Counted from the stretch's first letter, positions 46,992 to 57,886 are shown. The stretch is 64,000 nt of DNA from an uncultured Bacilli bacterium (GCA_944331915.1 CALVIR010000002.1:7149-71148); one strand, 5' to 3'. A program made the numbers and translations. Notes: generated by a model from the letters alone, not told the origin.

Positions 46992-48989
46992 CTATTTTTC
47001 AAGTTCTTTTAAAAGCTCTGCTTTACTCATCTTAGTATAGCCTTTTATTCCTTTTTCTTTAGCAATCTCTCTTAACTTAGTCAAACTCATCTTTTCATAA
47101 CTAGTTTCTTCATCTTCATTAGGCATTTTACCATTCTCTACTAAATAATCAATTTGCTCTTTAGTTAATGTTTCATACTCTAACAAAGTATTAGCAAGTA
47201 AATCTAATAGCTTCCTATTATCTTTAATAATCTTTGTTGCATCTTGATAACATTTATCTATAATCTTACGCATCTCTTGATCAATTTCATGAGCTACCTC
47301 ATTAGAGAAATTACGTATTTTATTATAATCACGTCCTAGGAATGAGCTACCTTCTCTTTGCTCTAATTGCATTGGTCCTAAATCACTCATACCATATTCT
47401 GTAACCATGCTTCTAGCAATCTTCGTTGCTTTTTCAAAATCATTTTCTGCACCAGTTGTAACCTCACCAAAAACAATTTCCTCACTAACTCTTCCTGCTA
47501 ATAAACCTGTAATTTCTTCTAATAAATCTGTTTTAGTCCTACAAATCTTTTCCTCACTAGGTATCATCATATTATAACCACCAGCAGAACCACGAGGAAT
47601 AATTGTAACCTTCTGTACATCATTAGCACCTTTTAATTTAATACCAACAACCGCATGACCAGATTCATGGTAAGCAACTAATTTACGATCACTTTCACTT
47701 CTTTTAGCACTAGTCTTAGCAGGTCCCATTAACACTCTATCACTAGCTTCATCAATTTCACTCATTGTAATAGCATCTTTATTTCTTCTTACTGCAAGTA
47801 AAGCCGCTTCATTTAATAAGTTTTCAAGATCAGCTCCAGAATATCCAGGTGTTCTCTTAGCAATAGCTGCAATATTAACTGAAGGCGCTAAAACCTTATT
47901 ACGAGCATGAACTTTAAGTATCTCTTCACGACCTTTAACATCAGGCAAATTAACCGTAACTTGTCTATCAAAACGTCCAGGACGAAGAAGAGCAGGATCC
48001 AATACATCAGGTCTATTAGTAGCTGCAATAATAATAATACCTTCATTCTCTCCAAATCCATCCATTTCAGTAAGTAATTGGTTTAAAGTTTGCTCTCTTT
48101 CATCATGTCCTCCCCCTATACCAGTACCACGTTGTCTACCAACAGCATCAATTTCATCTATAAAGATAAGACATGGTGCTGTTCTTTTAGCTTGTTGAAA
48201 CATATCACGTACCCTACTTGCTCCAACACCAACAAATAACTCTACAAAGTCAGATCCACTAATATAATAGAAAGGAACATTTGCTTCTCCAGCTACCGCT
48301 CTAGCAAGTAAAGTCTTACCTGTTCCTGGAGGACCATATAATAAAACTCCTTTAGGAATTCTCGCTCCTAACTTTTGAAATTTCTTTGGATTCTTTAAGA
48401 AATCAATTAACTCTTTAACCTCTTCTTTTTCTTCATTAAGTCCTGCTACATCTTTAAATGTTACTTTATTTTTATCGCTTGAAAGTTTAGCTTTACTTTT
48501 ACCAAAGTCAAAGGAATTTTTTCCTCCTCCCATTTGTTTACTTAAAAACCAAAAAGCCACAAAAGCAAGAAGAACAATCGGTAAAATATTAACTAAAACA
48601 AGTAATAAAGTACTTGATTCTGGATCAGTATTAGTTGTAAAAGAAAAGTCCCCAGTCTCACTAGCTTCCACTAATTGTTTCATTACTTGATCAGATAATG
48701 GAATTCTTACAAAGAAACTCTCATTCTCATCATAACCATCTAATTTACCTGTAACCTCATATACTTTTGCTCTTTCTCTAGGGGTTACCTCAATCTCTTC
48801 AACTTTATTGTTATTTAAATTAGAAATAAACTCATCATAAGTCAATACATTTATTTTATTATTAGCAATACTAACAAAGTAAATTACTCCTAGCATCACT
48901 AACAATAAAAAGACATATGGAAGTAAACCTTTTCTAACATTTTTTCTATTTACATTCATATAATTTCTCCTCTCATTACTCATATTCAA
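46992..48989 (-). CDS. ftsH: ATP-dependent zinc metalloprotease FtsH
   Basis: AAA+ motifs GPPGTGKT and DEID, HESGH zinc site, two N-terminal TM helices, plus a C-terminal Rho_N/SAP-like tail. Confidence 0.95.
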   Translation of the reverse strand: MNMSNERRNYMNVNRKNVRKGLLPYVFLLLVMLGVIYFVSIANNKINVLTYDEFISNLNNNKVEEIEVTPRERAKVYEVTGKLDGYDENESFFVRIPLSDQVMKQLVEASETGDFSFTTNTDPESSTLLLVLVNILPIVLLAFVAFWFLSKQMGGGKNSFDFGKSKAKLSSDKNKVTFKDVAGLNEEKEEVKELIDFLKNPKKFQKLGARIPKGVLLYGPPGTGKTLLARAVAGEANVPFYYISGSDFVELFVGVGASRVRDMFQQAKRTAPCLIFIDEIDAVGRQRGTGIGGGHDEREQTLNQLLTEMDGFGENEGIIIIAATNRPDVLDPALLRPGRFDRQVTVNLPDVKGREEILKVHARNKVLAPSVNIAAIAKRTPGYSGADLENLLNEAALLAVRRNKDAITMSEIDEASDRVLMGPAKTSAKRSESDRKLVAYHESGHAVVGIKLKGANDVQKVTIIPRGSAGGYNMMIPSEEKICRTKTDLLEEITGLLAGRVSEEIVFGEVTTGAENDFEKATKIARSMVTEYGMSDLGPMQLEQREGSSFLGRDYNKIRNFSNEVAHEIDQEMRKIIDKCYQDATKIIKDNRKLLDLLANTLLEYETLTKEQIDYLVENGKMPNEDEETSYEKMSLTKLREIAKEKGIKGYTKMSKAELLKELEK

Positions 48990-50298
48990 GTATTATATCA
49001 TAAAATTCTTCATTAGTCTTATCAAATTTAGATTTTTTTAATCCTGGAAGAAAAACAACCTTTCCTGCACTATCAACTACTACTGGCCACAAATCTCTAT
49101 CTCTAATTGGAATCTTTTTATCAATAAAAATATCTTTAATTTTTTTCTTCCCTCCACCTTTAATTATCATCATATCCCCAAATTTCCTCGTTCTAACAAT
49201 TAAAGGCAAACTTAACTCTTTACTAGATAATTTAATAATGTTATTACTATTACCTAAAACTTTATCTACCCTTTTAAGAGTATGCCCATTTGGTAAAAGA
49301 ACCTCATTACTAATTTCTATTTCATAACTACTAATAATCCCAGGATTACGTTCAATTTGTAATTTATTATAACTCTTCGTAACAACCACATCATTAGGCA
49401 AATTAACTTTACTATTACTTTTTTGACTTAATATTAATTTCATAAGTAAAGAGATATGTTTATCATTAATTAAAATTAAATCATCTTGATAGAAATTAGA
49501 AACAAATTTTTCTAAAATTATTCTCTGTAAAAACTGATCAATCTGTAAAAATTTATCAATCAATAAAGTATTATCAACAATAACCTGTTCCAAACATTTA
49601 TCTGCTTCTTTTTCTATATACAAATCAGCATTATATAAAAGATTACTAAATTTCAAAAACTTTTGATGAACATTTATATCTTCTTTTTTTAAAAAAGGTA
49701 ACACAACTTTTCTATATCTATTTCTAGTATAAACACTACTATTATTACTACTATCAATTGCATATTTAATATTATTTTTATGGCAGTACTCTTCTAATTC
49801 CTTCTTAGTTAAACCAATAAAAGGTCTGTAAATACTGTAGCTATCTAATTTAACTATTTTTTGAAAACCACTATATCCTTTCAAAGTAGAACCTCTAGTT
49901 AACCTCATTAAAATAGTTTCCATCAAATCATCACCATGATGTGCTGTTAACAAATACTTTGCTTGATATTTTTTCACGATTTGTTCAAAAAACTGATATC
50001 GAATATTACGCGCCTCATTATGAAAATTATCATCACCGTATCGTTCTATTTTCATATATTCAAAGATAGCATTATTATCTTTACAAAAAGCTTCTAATTC
50101 CTCTTTTTCTCTTTCACTAGCTTTTCTTTTCCCGTGATTAACATGAGCACAAATGATATTAATACTTATTTTTTTCCTAAGTTCTAATAAAGTCTTAAAT
50201 AAAGCCATCGAATCAGGTCCATAAGAACAACCTAATACTACAAAATCTCCATCTTCAAGTTTTATATCCTTATACAATAAATCAATATCCATATACAT
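48976..50298 (-). CDS. tilS: tRNA(Ile)-lysidine synthase
   Basis: PP-loop motif GCSYGPDS. Conserved tilS-ftsH neighbourhood. Confidence 0.85.
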   Translation of the reverse strand: MYMDIDLLYKDIKLEDGDFVVLGCSYGPDSMALFKTLLELRKKISINIICAHVNHGKRKASEREKEELEAFCKDNNAIFEYMKIERYGDDNFHNEARNIRYQFFEQIVKKYQAKYLLTAHHGDDLMETILMRLTRGSTLKGYSGFQKIVKLDSYSIYRPFIGLTKKELEEYCHKNNIKYAIDSSNNSSVYTRNRYRKVVLPFLKKEDINVHQKFLKFSNLLYNADLYIEKEADKCLEQVIVDNTLLIDKFLQIDQFLQRIILEKFVSNFYQDDLILINDKHISLLMKLILSQKSNSKVNLPNDVVVTKSYNKLQIERNPGIISSYEIEISNEVLLPNGHTLKRVDKVLGNSNNIIKLSSKELSLPLIVRTRKFGDMMIIKGGGKKKIKDIFIDKKIPIRDRDLWPVVVDSAGKVVFLPGLKKSKFDKTNEEFYDIILEYE

Positions 50299-50407
50299 CC
50301 CTCATCCAATTATGATAATATCTAAAATTAAAATTAGCAAGATAATTTAGTAATTATATCTTAACACATAATTTAAAAGTTCTAAAGTCCTCTTGAAGAA
50401 AAAATAC

Positions 50408-50707
50408 CTAATCATCATCAGGTATTTTTAAAATATATTCTCCATCTTTAGAATAAAAGTATTTTTCTCTAGCATATCTAGCAATATAATCTTCATCTTG
50501 TAATTTATCAACATCAGCCGCTAATTCTTCCTCTTTATCTTTTAAATCTGCTAATTCTTTTTTTAACTCATTTCTTTCTTGATATTTATTATATATCTCT
50601 GTCCAATATTTAAAAATTGTAAAGGTAGTAAAAATAATAACTAAAAAAGAACAACATAATAACAAAAGAGGTCCCAACTTTTTCTTCTTTTTTTTCTTTT
50701 TAGTCAT
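50408..50707 (-). CDS. divIC: Septum formation initiator (FtsB/DivIC family)
   Basis: Single TM helix plus a coiled coil. Position after yabP-yabQ, as in Bacillus. Confidence 0.6.
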   Translation of the reverse strand: MTKKKKKKKKLGPLLLLCCSFLVIIFTTFTIFKYWTEIYNKYQERNELKKELADLKDKEEELAADVDKLQDEDYIARYAREKYFYSKDGEYILKIPDDD

Positions 50708-50824
50708 TTTTACACCTACCTTCCTAACATATATTATAGTACGAATAAACAACCAAGTACAATAATATCAAGGAAAAATATCACTTTTTGACACTTTTAG
50801 GCATTATTTCAAAATTTTTCTATT

Positions 50825-51175
50825 TTAACTTTTCTCTACTTTATCATCTTTATTATTTTCCTTTTTTTTATCTTTTTTCTTCTTAAGAGAAGGAACTTTA
50901 ATAAAGTGCCTAAAACTTTTACTATGACTAAAAGTTAAAATAAACCCCAATATAATTAATAGATAAAAATATGGATGGATAATTCCCCCATTTATTTTTT
51001 TAATAAAAATAAAGTAAATTAAGACTAAATCAAAAACAAAAAGAATATTAAAAAATAATTTCTTTAAATTTGTTAATTTAAATAACATATTATAGTTTAA
51101 ATTATAAACTCCTCCTAAAAAAAGACCAAAGAAAAAAGAAAAAAGCATACTAATAACCTGTTGTTTTAAATCCAT
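50825..51175 (-). CDS. yabQ: Spore cortex biosynthesis protein YabQ
   Basis: Small polytopic membrane protein directly downstream of, and overlapping, yabP. Confidence 0.55.
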   Translation of the reverse strand: MDLKQQVISMLFSFFFGLFLGGVYNLNYNMLFKLTNLKKLFFNILFVFDLVLIYFIFIKKINGGIIHPYFYLLIILGFILTFSHSKSFRHFIKVPSLKKKKDKKKENNKDDKVEKS

Positions 51176-51471
51176 TATTTAAACAACCTATTAAAAACAC
51201 TATTAGTACCCTTTTCTTTTTTTTGATCTTCATCCATATAGGAAAAGCCTTTAATTAAACCTTTTATAGAAACATTACCTGCTAAAGTATCTAATTTAAC
51301 TAGTTCTAAATCTTCTCCTTTAACTGCCAGAAAACCCATTACTGTTTCTAATAAGAATTCTTCATTATCAAAGTTTTCTATTTTCTTAACTCCTGTAATA
51401 AGTAAATTCTTTCTTTCTGTAATCGTAATACTATGATTATAATTATTAATAATTGCTTCTTTTGTTTCCAT
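51175..51471 (-). CDS. yabP: Sporulation protein YabP
   Basis: 98 aa, YabP-family sequence (LLITGVKKIENFDNEEF, VKGEDLEL). Confidence 0.75.
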   Translation of the reverse strand: METKEAIINNYNHSITITERKNLLITGVKKIENFDNEEFLLETVMGFLAVKGEDLELVKLDTLAGNVSIKGLIKGFSYMDEDQKKEKGTNSVFNRLFK

Positions 51472-51531
51472 ATCATCTCACCTAGTAAATGATATGCTAA
51501 AAAAAAGAAAATATGAAAAAAAAAGAAACTC

Positions 51532-51807
51532 TTAAGCTTCTTTTTCTTCATCTTTAATATTATTATAAGCTTCAATAATTTTATCTTGAAACATTGCTCT
51601 AACCTCTGGATTAATAGGATGAGCAATATCACGGTATCCACCAGCTTGAGTTTTTCTACTAGGCATAGCAATAAATAAACCGTTGTCTCCTTCAATAATT
51701 CTAATGTCATGAACAGCAAAACTATCATCAATTAAAACTGATGCAATTCCTTTCATGCGACTTCCTTCTTTTTCAATTTTGCGTACATTTACAGATGTAA
51801 TTTTCAT
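51532..51807 (-). CDS. spoVG: Septation protein SpoVG
   Basis: [31 protein letters not shown], canonical SpoVG. Confidence 0.93.
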   Translation of the reverse strand: MKITSVNVRKIEKEGSRMKGIASVLIDDSFAVHDIRIIEGDNGLFIAMPSRKTQAGGYRDIAHPINPEVRAMFQDKIIEAYNNIKDEEKEA

Positions 51808-51920
51808 TTACTGACTCCTCCTTTTAAAGTACTAAGACTTTATACTTTAATAATATAATAACTAAAAGACTTTTGCAAGATTTTTTAACAAGTTTCTAAA
51901 CATAAACGTATATTTTTGTC

Positions 51921-52148
51921 TTAATTAATTATTTCCAAACTAGATGTCACTAAATCACTATAAGAAAAAGACTTAATATTATTAGGAGCATTATTAACAT
52001 TAATTAATTTAACTACAAAAATAGCAGGATAAGTCTCAATTATCGTTCCATCAAACTCTAAAGTTTGATTTCTACTCCCATTAAATTTAAAATGTAATAT
52101 TTCCCCCTCTTTTAACTTTACATCCTCTCTAACTTTATCTATATTCAT
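51921..52148 (-). CDS. veg: Veg protein
   Basis: 75 aa, Veg-family sequence. yabG-veg synteny. Confidence 0.8.
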   Translation of the reverse strand: MNIDKVREDVKLKEGEILHFKFNGSRNQTLEFDGTIIETYPAIFVVKLINVNNAPNNIKSFSYSDLVTSSLEIIN

Positions 52149-52924
52149 CTTGGATACCCCACATACATTACTCCAGGCGTAATTATTCCACCTATTCCTT
52201 TACTACCATAATGCGTCTTTTCAATAACAGAAATTAAGTCTATCTCTTTATTTTTAGGAGAGAGTGCTACTGTACTTGCAATAATTGCTGGATCAAGAGC
52301 ATGAATATTAATTCTTTTGGGACTAGATGCAAAATTAGCCCCTGTCTTAATTAAATCTTCATAAAATGATTGACAGGCTCCAGCAATAATAATGAGTTTA
52401 TCTTGATTTCGTTCATATTCCCGAGCTTTAGATACTGCTTTAACAAAATTTAAAGAGTTTTGATAATTATTAATATCATTTTTATCTTTATTCTTTTTAA
52501 AAGAATCATGACCAGTTACAACTAAAATATCAGGCTTATACTCATTTAAACAATTAAGGATTTCACTTTCAAACTTTCCCTCTTCTAAATTTACCCCATA
52601 AGCTTCTAAATGCATTTCTTTATAAAAATCAATACACCGTCTTAAATAATCTTTATCACCATCAATATGTAATATTTTACCAGGTAAATAAAAATATTCA
52701 CTACGATCTAGTTTCAACATATCTTTAATTTTAAGTGCATCATTTCGATCATCACTATCATTTTCTTTTTCTGTTACTAAAACTAAATCGTCCAAATAAC
52801 TATCAGCATATAATCTAACATCATGTCCCTTTAAATAAGCGACATCATCTAAAATATCAACTATTACAAATAAAATGTCATTACCATATGATTTTCTTGT
52901 TACATAATCTCCAATTTTAAACAT
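52145..52924 (-). CDS. yabG: Sporulation-specific peptidase YabG
   Basis: 259 aa, YabG-family layout. ksgA-yabG-veg synteny. Confidence 0.8.
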   Translation of the reverse strand: MFKIGDYVTRKSYGNDILFVIVDILDDVAYLKGHDVRLYADSYLDDLVLVTEKENDSDDRNDALKIKDMLKLDRSEYFYLPGKILHIDGDKDYLRRCIDFYKEMHLEAYGVNLEEGKFESEILNCLNEYKPDILVVTGHDSFKKNKDKNDINNYQNSLNFVKAVSKAREYERNQDKLIIIAGACQSFYEDLIKTGANFASSPKRINIHALDPAIIASTVALSPKNKEIDLISVIEKTHYGSKGIGGIITPGVMYVGYPR

Positions 52925-52966
52925 CTTATCACCAATAAAGTATATGTACCAAAAAAAGAAAAAAGA

Positions 52967-53776
52967 CTAACATAAATTGTTAGCTAAATCAACATAAACA
53001 GTATAGTCAAGCTGCTCCGCTCTTACTGTTAAATCATAATCATATTTTTTTAATATCGCTTCAATCTTTTCTAAATCATATTTTTTTAAATTATTTCTAA
53101 GCATTTTCCGTTTAAATTGAAAACTGTCATGGACAAGTCTAAAGAAAAACTCTTGATTTTTAAGCTCTAACCTTTCCCTCTTACGTTTAAAAGACACAAC
53201 CACACTATCAACATTAGGTCTAGGAACAAATTGATTTCTATCGACTACAAATTCCTTTTTAATATCAAAAGAGTAATTTAAAATAACAGTAAGCGCTCCA
53301 TATTCTTTAGTTGAAGGATGGCTTGAAAACCGTTCACCTACCTCTTTTTGTACCATCATTACAATTTTTGTAAAGTCTAATCCTTTAGAAACTAATTTAA
53401 AAAGAATTGGTGTCGTAATATAATAAGGAACATTACTAATAAAGTACAAATTATCATAATTATAATCTTTAAAATCATTAACAAGATCAGCTTTAAGAAA
53501 GTCATTGAATATAATATTAATATTAGTATACTTACTAACTCTAGGTATTAATATATCTTCTAAACTTTGATCTATTTCATATGCCAATATCGTACTATCT
53601 TTATATAAATTTGCAAGAGCTATAGTTAAATTACCACTCCCAGGCCCAACCTCAATAATTAAGGAATTACTTAAAACCTCTCCACATAAAGCTATTTTTT
53701 TTATTATTTCTCTATTTTGAAGAAAATTTTGACCATATTTTTTTTTAAATCTAAATTCATCCATCAAACCACTCAT
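52967..53776 (-). CDS. rsmA: 16S rRNA (adenine1518/1519-N6)-dimethyltransferase
   Basis: KKYGQNFL N-terminus, SAM motif VGPGSGNLT, NVPYYITT. Confidence 0.93.
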   Translation of the reverse strand: MSGLMDEFRFKKKYGQNFLQNREIIKKIALCGEVLSNSLIIEVGPGSGNLTIALANLYKDSTILAYEIDQSLEDILIPRVSKYTNINIIFNDFLKADLVNDFKDYNYDNLYFISNVPYYITTPILFKLVSKGLDFTKIVMMVQKEVGERFSSHPSTKEYGALTVILNYSFDIKKEFVVDRNQFVPRPNVDSVVVSFKRKRERLELKNQEFFFRLVHDSFQFKRKMLRNNLKKYDLEKIEAILKKYDYDLTVRAEQLDYTVYVDLANNLC

Positions 53777-53845
53777 TTCTTAATAACTAAAGTATAATAT
53801 GTAATTTTTAAACTTGTCAATAAAAGAGCCTAAGCTTGTTAAACA

Positions 53846-54046
53846 TTAGTTAAAATGTCACCGATTTTATAGTATAATTTCTTTATAATTCCTCATTGAC
53901 AACAGGGACCCAGTAAAAACTCTTTTGAAGTGCGTAATATCTTAAAAATAAGATATTACAGCAAGTATGACGAGTTATTACTGCCTATTATCAATGATTT
54001 GCTTATAAAGAAATTATAAAACTTAGTGGTGACATTTTAACTAAAG
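53846..54046. repeat. Long imperfect inverted repeat (rod-like hairpin of about 200 nt), flanked by 15-nt direct repeats
   Basis: Arms TAGTTAAAATGTCACC, ATAATTTCTTTATAA, TCATTGA and CAGTAA(A/T)AACTC all have reverse-complement partners. The apical hairpin is GTAATATCTTA-AAAA-TAAGATATTAC. AAAAGAGCCTAAGCT occurs at both 53822-53836 and 54079-54093. Confidence 0.6.
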
Positions 54047-54085
54047 ATATGGTGACATTTTAAAAAAGGATTAACATAAAAGAGC

Positions 54086-54541
54086 CTAAGCTCTTTCAAG
54101 TTTCTTAGTCTCTTTATCTTTTTTATCTTTTTCTTTAAACATAAATAATATATTAGCAATTACTAAACCATAAAGCATAATCTTAATATAAGCTACAAAG
54201 TTATCAAAATAATTAAAATCAGCTCCATAACCATATTTTCCATTTAAAACCATATTAGTATCAAAAATTGCTCTATAACAAACAAAGATGATAGTTCCTA
54301 ATACTAAACAACAAGTCAAATTATAAAATAAATTCTTTGTAATTCTAGTCTGTTTAAACAACATATTAATAATAAATATAATCAAAAGTACAGCAAAAGG
54401 AATCAATTCAGGTAAAACACTAACTATACTTTTCTCTAAACGCATATTCATTCTTACAAAGATAAATAATGTCAAACCAAAAGCTGCTATAAAAAGAAGA
54501 AATTTAAGTCCATAAAATAATATATTAAATATTTTCTTCAT
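54086..54541 (-). CDS. Hypothetical polytopic membrane protein
   Basis: 151 aa, 4 TM helices. Last gene of the SipW cluster. Confidence 0.5.
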   Translation of the reverse strand: MKKIFNILFYGLKFLLFIAAFGLTLFIFVRMNMRLEKSIVSVLPELIPFAVLLIIFIINMLFKQTRITKNLFYNLTCCLVLGTIIFVCYRAIFDTNMVLNGKYGYGADFNYFDNFVAYIKIMLYGLVIANILFMFKEKDKKDKETKKLERA

Positions 54542-54542
54542 C

Positions 54543-55232
54543 TTAACCTCCTATTACGACATTCTTATACCAATTAGATATTTCTACAATAAGGTCTAAA
54601 GTATATTGATAATTATTCATTGTATCAACATAACTATCTTCAACTATATCAAAGAAATTTATTTTATTAACATTTGTACTAAAATAATAATGATCTGAAT
54701 TTTCTAAATTGTTTTGAACATAATTAGTTGAATTTAATAAATTATTAATATTTAATTTAACATATGGTTCTATAATATCAAAATTAGGTAATGTACTAAC
54801 AGTATCTGTACTAAACATGGAATTTATTTGCATCGCTACACAATCATTTAAAACGATATTTCTAAAATCTCTAGTAAAATTATAAGCATCCTGAATACCA
54901 ATTGTATCTAAATCAAAATATCTCATCATCTCATCACTTTCAAGTATCTCTAAACATGCTTCCATACGCAATTTTGCATTATTTAATCCATAAATATTCA
55001 AAGAACCTGTATAACTATCTTGATTATAGACATTAATATTATTACGAATCATATTTATTTTATTTTCTACATTAACTTTACTAGTATCATTATAAGTACT
55101 TACATCAACTGTATCTGCTAACTCATCCATATGATAAAAATTTAAAAAAAGTAAGAAAAAAGAAAGTCCAAAAATAAGACCAGTAATCGTATAAGCAAAC
55201 ATACTAGCATACTCTAATAAAATCTTTTTCAT
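54543..55232 (-). CDS. Hypothetical membrane-anchored protein
   Basis: 229 aa, N-terminal TM helix. Overlapping and contiguous with the neighbouring cluster genes. Confidence 0.5.
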   Translation of the reverse strand: MKKILLEYASMFAYTITGLIFGLSFFLLFLNFYHMDELADTVDVSTYNDTSKVNVENKINMIRNNINVYNQDSYTGSLNIYGLNNAKLRMEACLEILESDEMMRYFDLDTIGIQDAYNFTRDFRNIVLNDCVAMQINSMFSTDTVSTLPNFDIIEPYVKLNINNLLNSTNYVQNNLENSDHYYFSTNVNKINFFDIVEDSYVDTMNNYQYTLDLIVEISNWYKNVVIGG

Positions 55233-55771
55233 ATTTCTTCCTCCATTTGCACTTTAATCTCAAAATGATAATATTTATTCTGCCATTCTGTATTTTGGGC
55301 ATCCTCTGCGACATAAATTCGCAATTGATAATTATTAACTTGTGAAGGAGCAATACTTCTAGTATCTAAAATATTATTTTTAATTTCATCTAAGTCTCCA
55401 CTCTTAATAACTTTACCATTCAATGACAACTGATATCTTAACTGATTTCTTGATAATAGTTCTTTACTACTATAAGTCGCATCATCACTAATAATACTAT
55501 CTTCAAGTAAAACATTATATACGCTATCATTATCACTAGAATTAGTAACTGTAAATTCATAAGGCGTTAAACTCAAAGCTGTATTATCATCTACTGGAAT
55601 TAATCCACTTTCATCCAAAACATTATTAGTACCACTTATCTCTACATTTATTAAACTTGTATTGTTGATAGAACCATCACCATAAAAGAACCGATACCAT
55701 AATATAGAGGTAGTAAAAATAAAGACAAATAAAGCAACTCCTGCTAAAACCAATAAAACAAATTTTTTCAT
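55229..55771 (-). CDS. Small membrane-anchored member of the TasA-like / DGR-target N-domain family
   Basis: 180 aa. Motifs LTPYEFTVTN, LRYQLSLNG and YQLRIYVAED..YHFEIKVQ align with the N-domain of the DGR target and with the four paralogs. Confidence 0.55.
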   Translation of the reverse strand: MKKFVLLVLAGVALFVFIFTTSILWYRFFYGDGSINNTSLINVEISGTNNVLDESGLIPVDDNTALSLTPYEFTVTNSSDNDSVYNVLLEDSIISDDATYSSKELLSRNQLRYQLSLNGKVIKSGDLDEIKNNILDTRSIAPSQVNNYQLRIYVAEDAQNTEWQNKYYHFEIKVQMEEEI

Positions 55772-56460
55772 TTTTTAAATCTCCCTTCTTTCTTTTGAGC
55801 CAAGGAATCTAACTTTTTACTATTTTTAATTTTCTTATCATTCTTTTTCTTCTTTTCGCTTTTATCACTATTTTTTAAAGTCTTAAACAATTTATATATA
55901 TCATAACCAATAATCGCTACAGCAGGAACAATAATAATCGCTACCCAACCAAGTATTGTACTCAAATAATATTGAATATAACCAATCTTTGGAATTCTAA
56001 ACATTACTTTACCATATATGTCATTAAAATTAATTCGCGATGAATCCTGAGTATTATTATTATCACCTTTTGTTGTATATAAATAATCACCCGTGCTAGT
56101 TCTTTCTATATCAACAATTCTATGTGTAACTGTGATACCAGAATATCTATAATCTGTAGAATTAAAAGTAATAATATCACCTTTTTGTAATTCATCAGGA
56201 CTGTCTACCCTTTTTGTTACCACAACATCTAACACATTAATCGAAGGTACCATACTAGGACTAACGATTGTATAAGCTGACAGCAATTGTCTTTTACCAT
56301 TACCAGCTTTAATATTATGCCTACTGTCTATAAAGTTAACTACAAAAGCTAAGAATACTATAACCATTATTAAACAGATAGAATACATTAAAACTGTCGT
56401 TATAAAATGGAAAATCTTTCTTGCTGTTAATAACCAATTTTTCTCAGAAGTTTTCTCCAT
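55768..56460 (-). CDS. sipW: SipW-type (archaeal/ER-type) signal peptidase I
   Basis: SPSMVPSI (catalytic Ser), KGDIITF, VTHRIV (His), TKGDNN, plus a C-terminal TM helix and basic tail. Start taken at the ATG at 56460, behind GAGGGTGA. Confidence 0.85.
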   Translation of the reverse strand: MEKTSEKNWLLTARKIFHFITTVLMYSICLIMVIVFLAFVVNFIDSRHNIKAGNGKRQLLSAYTIVSPSMVPSINVLDVVVTKRVDSPDELQKGDIITFNSTDYRYSGITVTHRIVDIERTSTGDYLYTTKGDNNNTQDSSRINFNDIYGKVMFRIPKIGYIQYYLSTILGWVAIIIVPAVAIIGYDIYKLFKTLKNSDKSEKKKKNDKKIKNSKKLDSLAQKKEGRFKK

Positions 56461-56514
56461 AAAGCTTTTCACCCTCTTATTATTCTTATCTAAACACAAG
56501 AAAAAGAATTAGTA

Positions 56515-57150
56515 TTAATCTTCAGCCAAATCAACTTGTGCTTTAATTGACACTCTAACACTAAAACTTTTTGGTATTTCATCTATTATTGTATCTTCAT
56601 CTACCCACATTCTTAATCTATAATTAACAATAGAACTTTCATCTAAAGTTGCACTATCAAGTAACATTGTACCTGCTAAAGTACCCAACTTTGTACTCTC
56701 CATAAGAGGAGTAAAGTTCTTTGGAGCCATTACCTCTTCATAAGAATCATCAACTTTCTTTTCTAAATACAATTTAACATCATCATTATCAAGTGTAGAA
56801 GAAACATCTTTTTCTGCTGCAATCTCATACTTAGTAACTACATCACCAGTAATAGAAGCCTCCACTGTAAAATCAAAATATTGATCCTCATTAGTTAATG
56901 TTTTACCAACCTCATCTGTTACAGGATAAGCATCAGTAATATTAATTCCATTTGTATCCTCAGTATAGTTTAAATAAATATTTCCCGTACTTATAGTATT
57001 AACACTATCTTTTTTCTTTGTATAAGTAACAGTTGCCACAGAAACCCCAATCACCATAATTATAAATAATAAAAAGCAAATTACGATAATGAATAACTTA
57101 TTATTAGACTCTTTTTTTATACTTTCACTTTCATAGTTTTGATTCTCCAT
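56515..57150 (-). CDS. TasA/camelysin-like secreted protein with a SipW-type signal peptide (paralog 4)
   Basis: Signal anchor ending VIGVSVATVTYTKK, then GINITDAYPVTDEVGK, YFDFTVEA, YRLRMWVDED and a terminal beta-strand motif. Confidence 0.6.
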   Translation of the reverse strand: MENQNYESESIKKESNNKLFIIVICFLLFIIMVIGVSVATVTYTKKKDSVNTISTGNIYLNYTEDTNGINITDAYPVTDEVGKTLTNEDQYFDFTVEASITGDVVTKYEIAAEKDVSSTLDNDDVKLYLEKKVDDSYEEVMAPKNFTPLMESTKLGTLAGTMLLDSATLDESSIVNYRLRMWVDEDTIIDEIPKSFSVRVSIKAQVDLAED

Positions 57151-57210
57151 ATCAACACTCCCTCATATCTTAAAATAATTGTATCACACTAACTTTTTTA
57201 GGTAAAGAAA

Positions 57211-57236
57211 AAAGTGCAGAACAAATGCTGCACTGA
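57211..57236 (-). terminator. Intrinsic terminator after paralog 3
   Basis: GTGCAG / CTGCAC stem followed by T6 on the minus strand. Confidence 0.5.
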
Positions 57237-57243
57237 GTTAATT

Positions 57244-57852
57244 TTAAACTACAACTCCTCCATAAACATTAACTCTTATTTTATAAGTTCTTATATCTTC
57301 TGGTAAGGAATAATTATTATCAATCCACATTCTTAAACGATATTGTCTTGTTTCTGTTTTATTAAAATTACTATTTAATAACACATATTGACCATTAGGA
57401 GCATCACTTATATCATCAGTAAGTGGTAGTAAAGATACATTTGTAGGTGCTAAAACTTGAGTTTCTCTACCACTAGTTATATCTGTCAAATAAACTTTAA
57501 TAGCATTATCTGGTAAAGTACTACTAGCATCTTTAACAGCTGTAATTAAATAATTAATTATAACATTAGAGTTTTCATTGATTGTAGCACTAACTGAAAA
57601 ATCAAAATATTGTCTCTCTTCACTTAAACTTTTTCCTACCTCATCACTCATAGGAACAGCATCAACCAAATTAATACCATTATTATTTTCACTATAACTC
57701 ATCATAATAGTACCAGTAGTAACCGTATTTATTTTCTCTCCTGTTTTTGAATAGAATATTGCCGCATAACTTACTCCTACAACAGCAATTATCAAAAAAA
57801 TAACGAAAATGATTATTAATATTATCTTAGTATTATCTTTATTCTTAGTCAT
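57244..57852 (-). CDS. TasA/camelysin-like secreted protein (paralog 3)
   Basis: VVGVSYAAIFYSKTG signal end, GINLVDAVPMSDEVGK, YFDFSVSA, YRLRMWIDN, YKIRVNVYG. Confidence 0.6.
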   Translation of the reverse strand: MTKNKDNTKIILIIIFVIFLIIAVVGVSYAAIFYSKTGEKINTVTTGTIMMSYSENNNGINLVDAVPMSDEVGKSLSEERQYFDFSVSATINENSNVIINYLITAVKDASSTLPDNAIKVYLTDITSGRETQVLAPTNVSLLPLTDDISDAPNGQYVLLNSNFNKTETRQYRLRMWIDNNYSLPEDIRTYKIRVNVYGGVVV

Positions 57853-57886
57853 TTTTATCCTCCTAATCTAAAAGTAAATTATTAAA

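Noticed and set aside
51378-51731. 117-aa ORF overlapping yabP and spoVG
   Set aside because: It is out of frame and overlaps two well-supported genes. The peptide is low-complexity and Leu/Lys/Ile-rich, as is typical of AT-rich off-frame translation.
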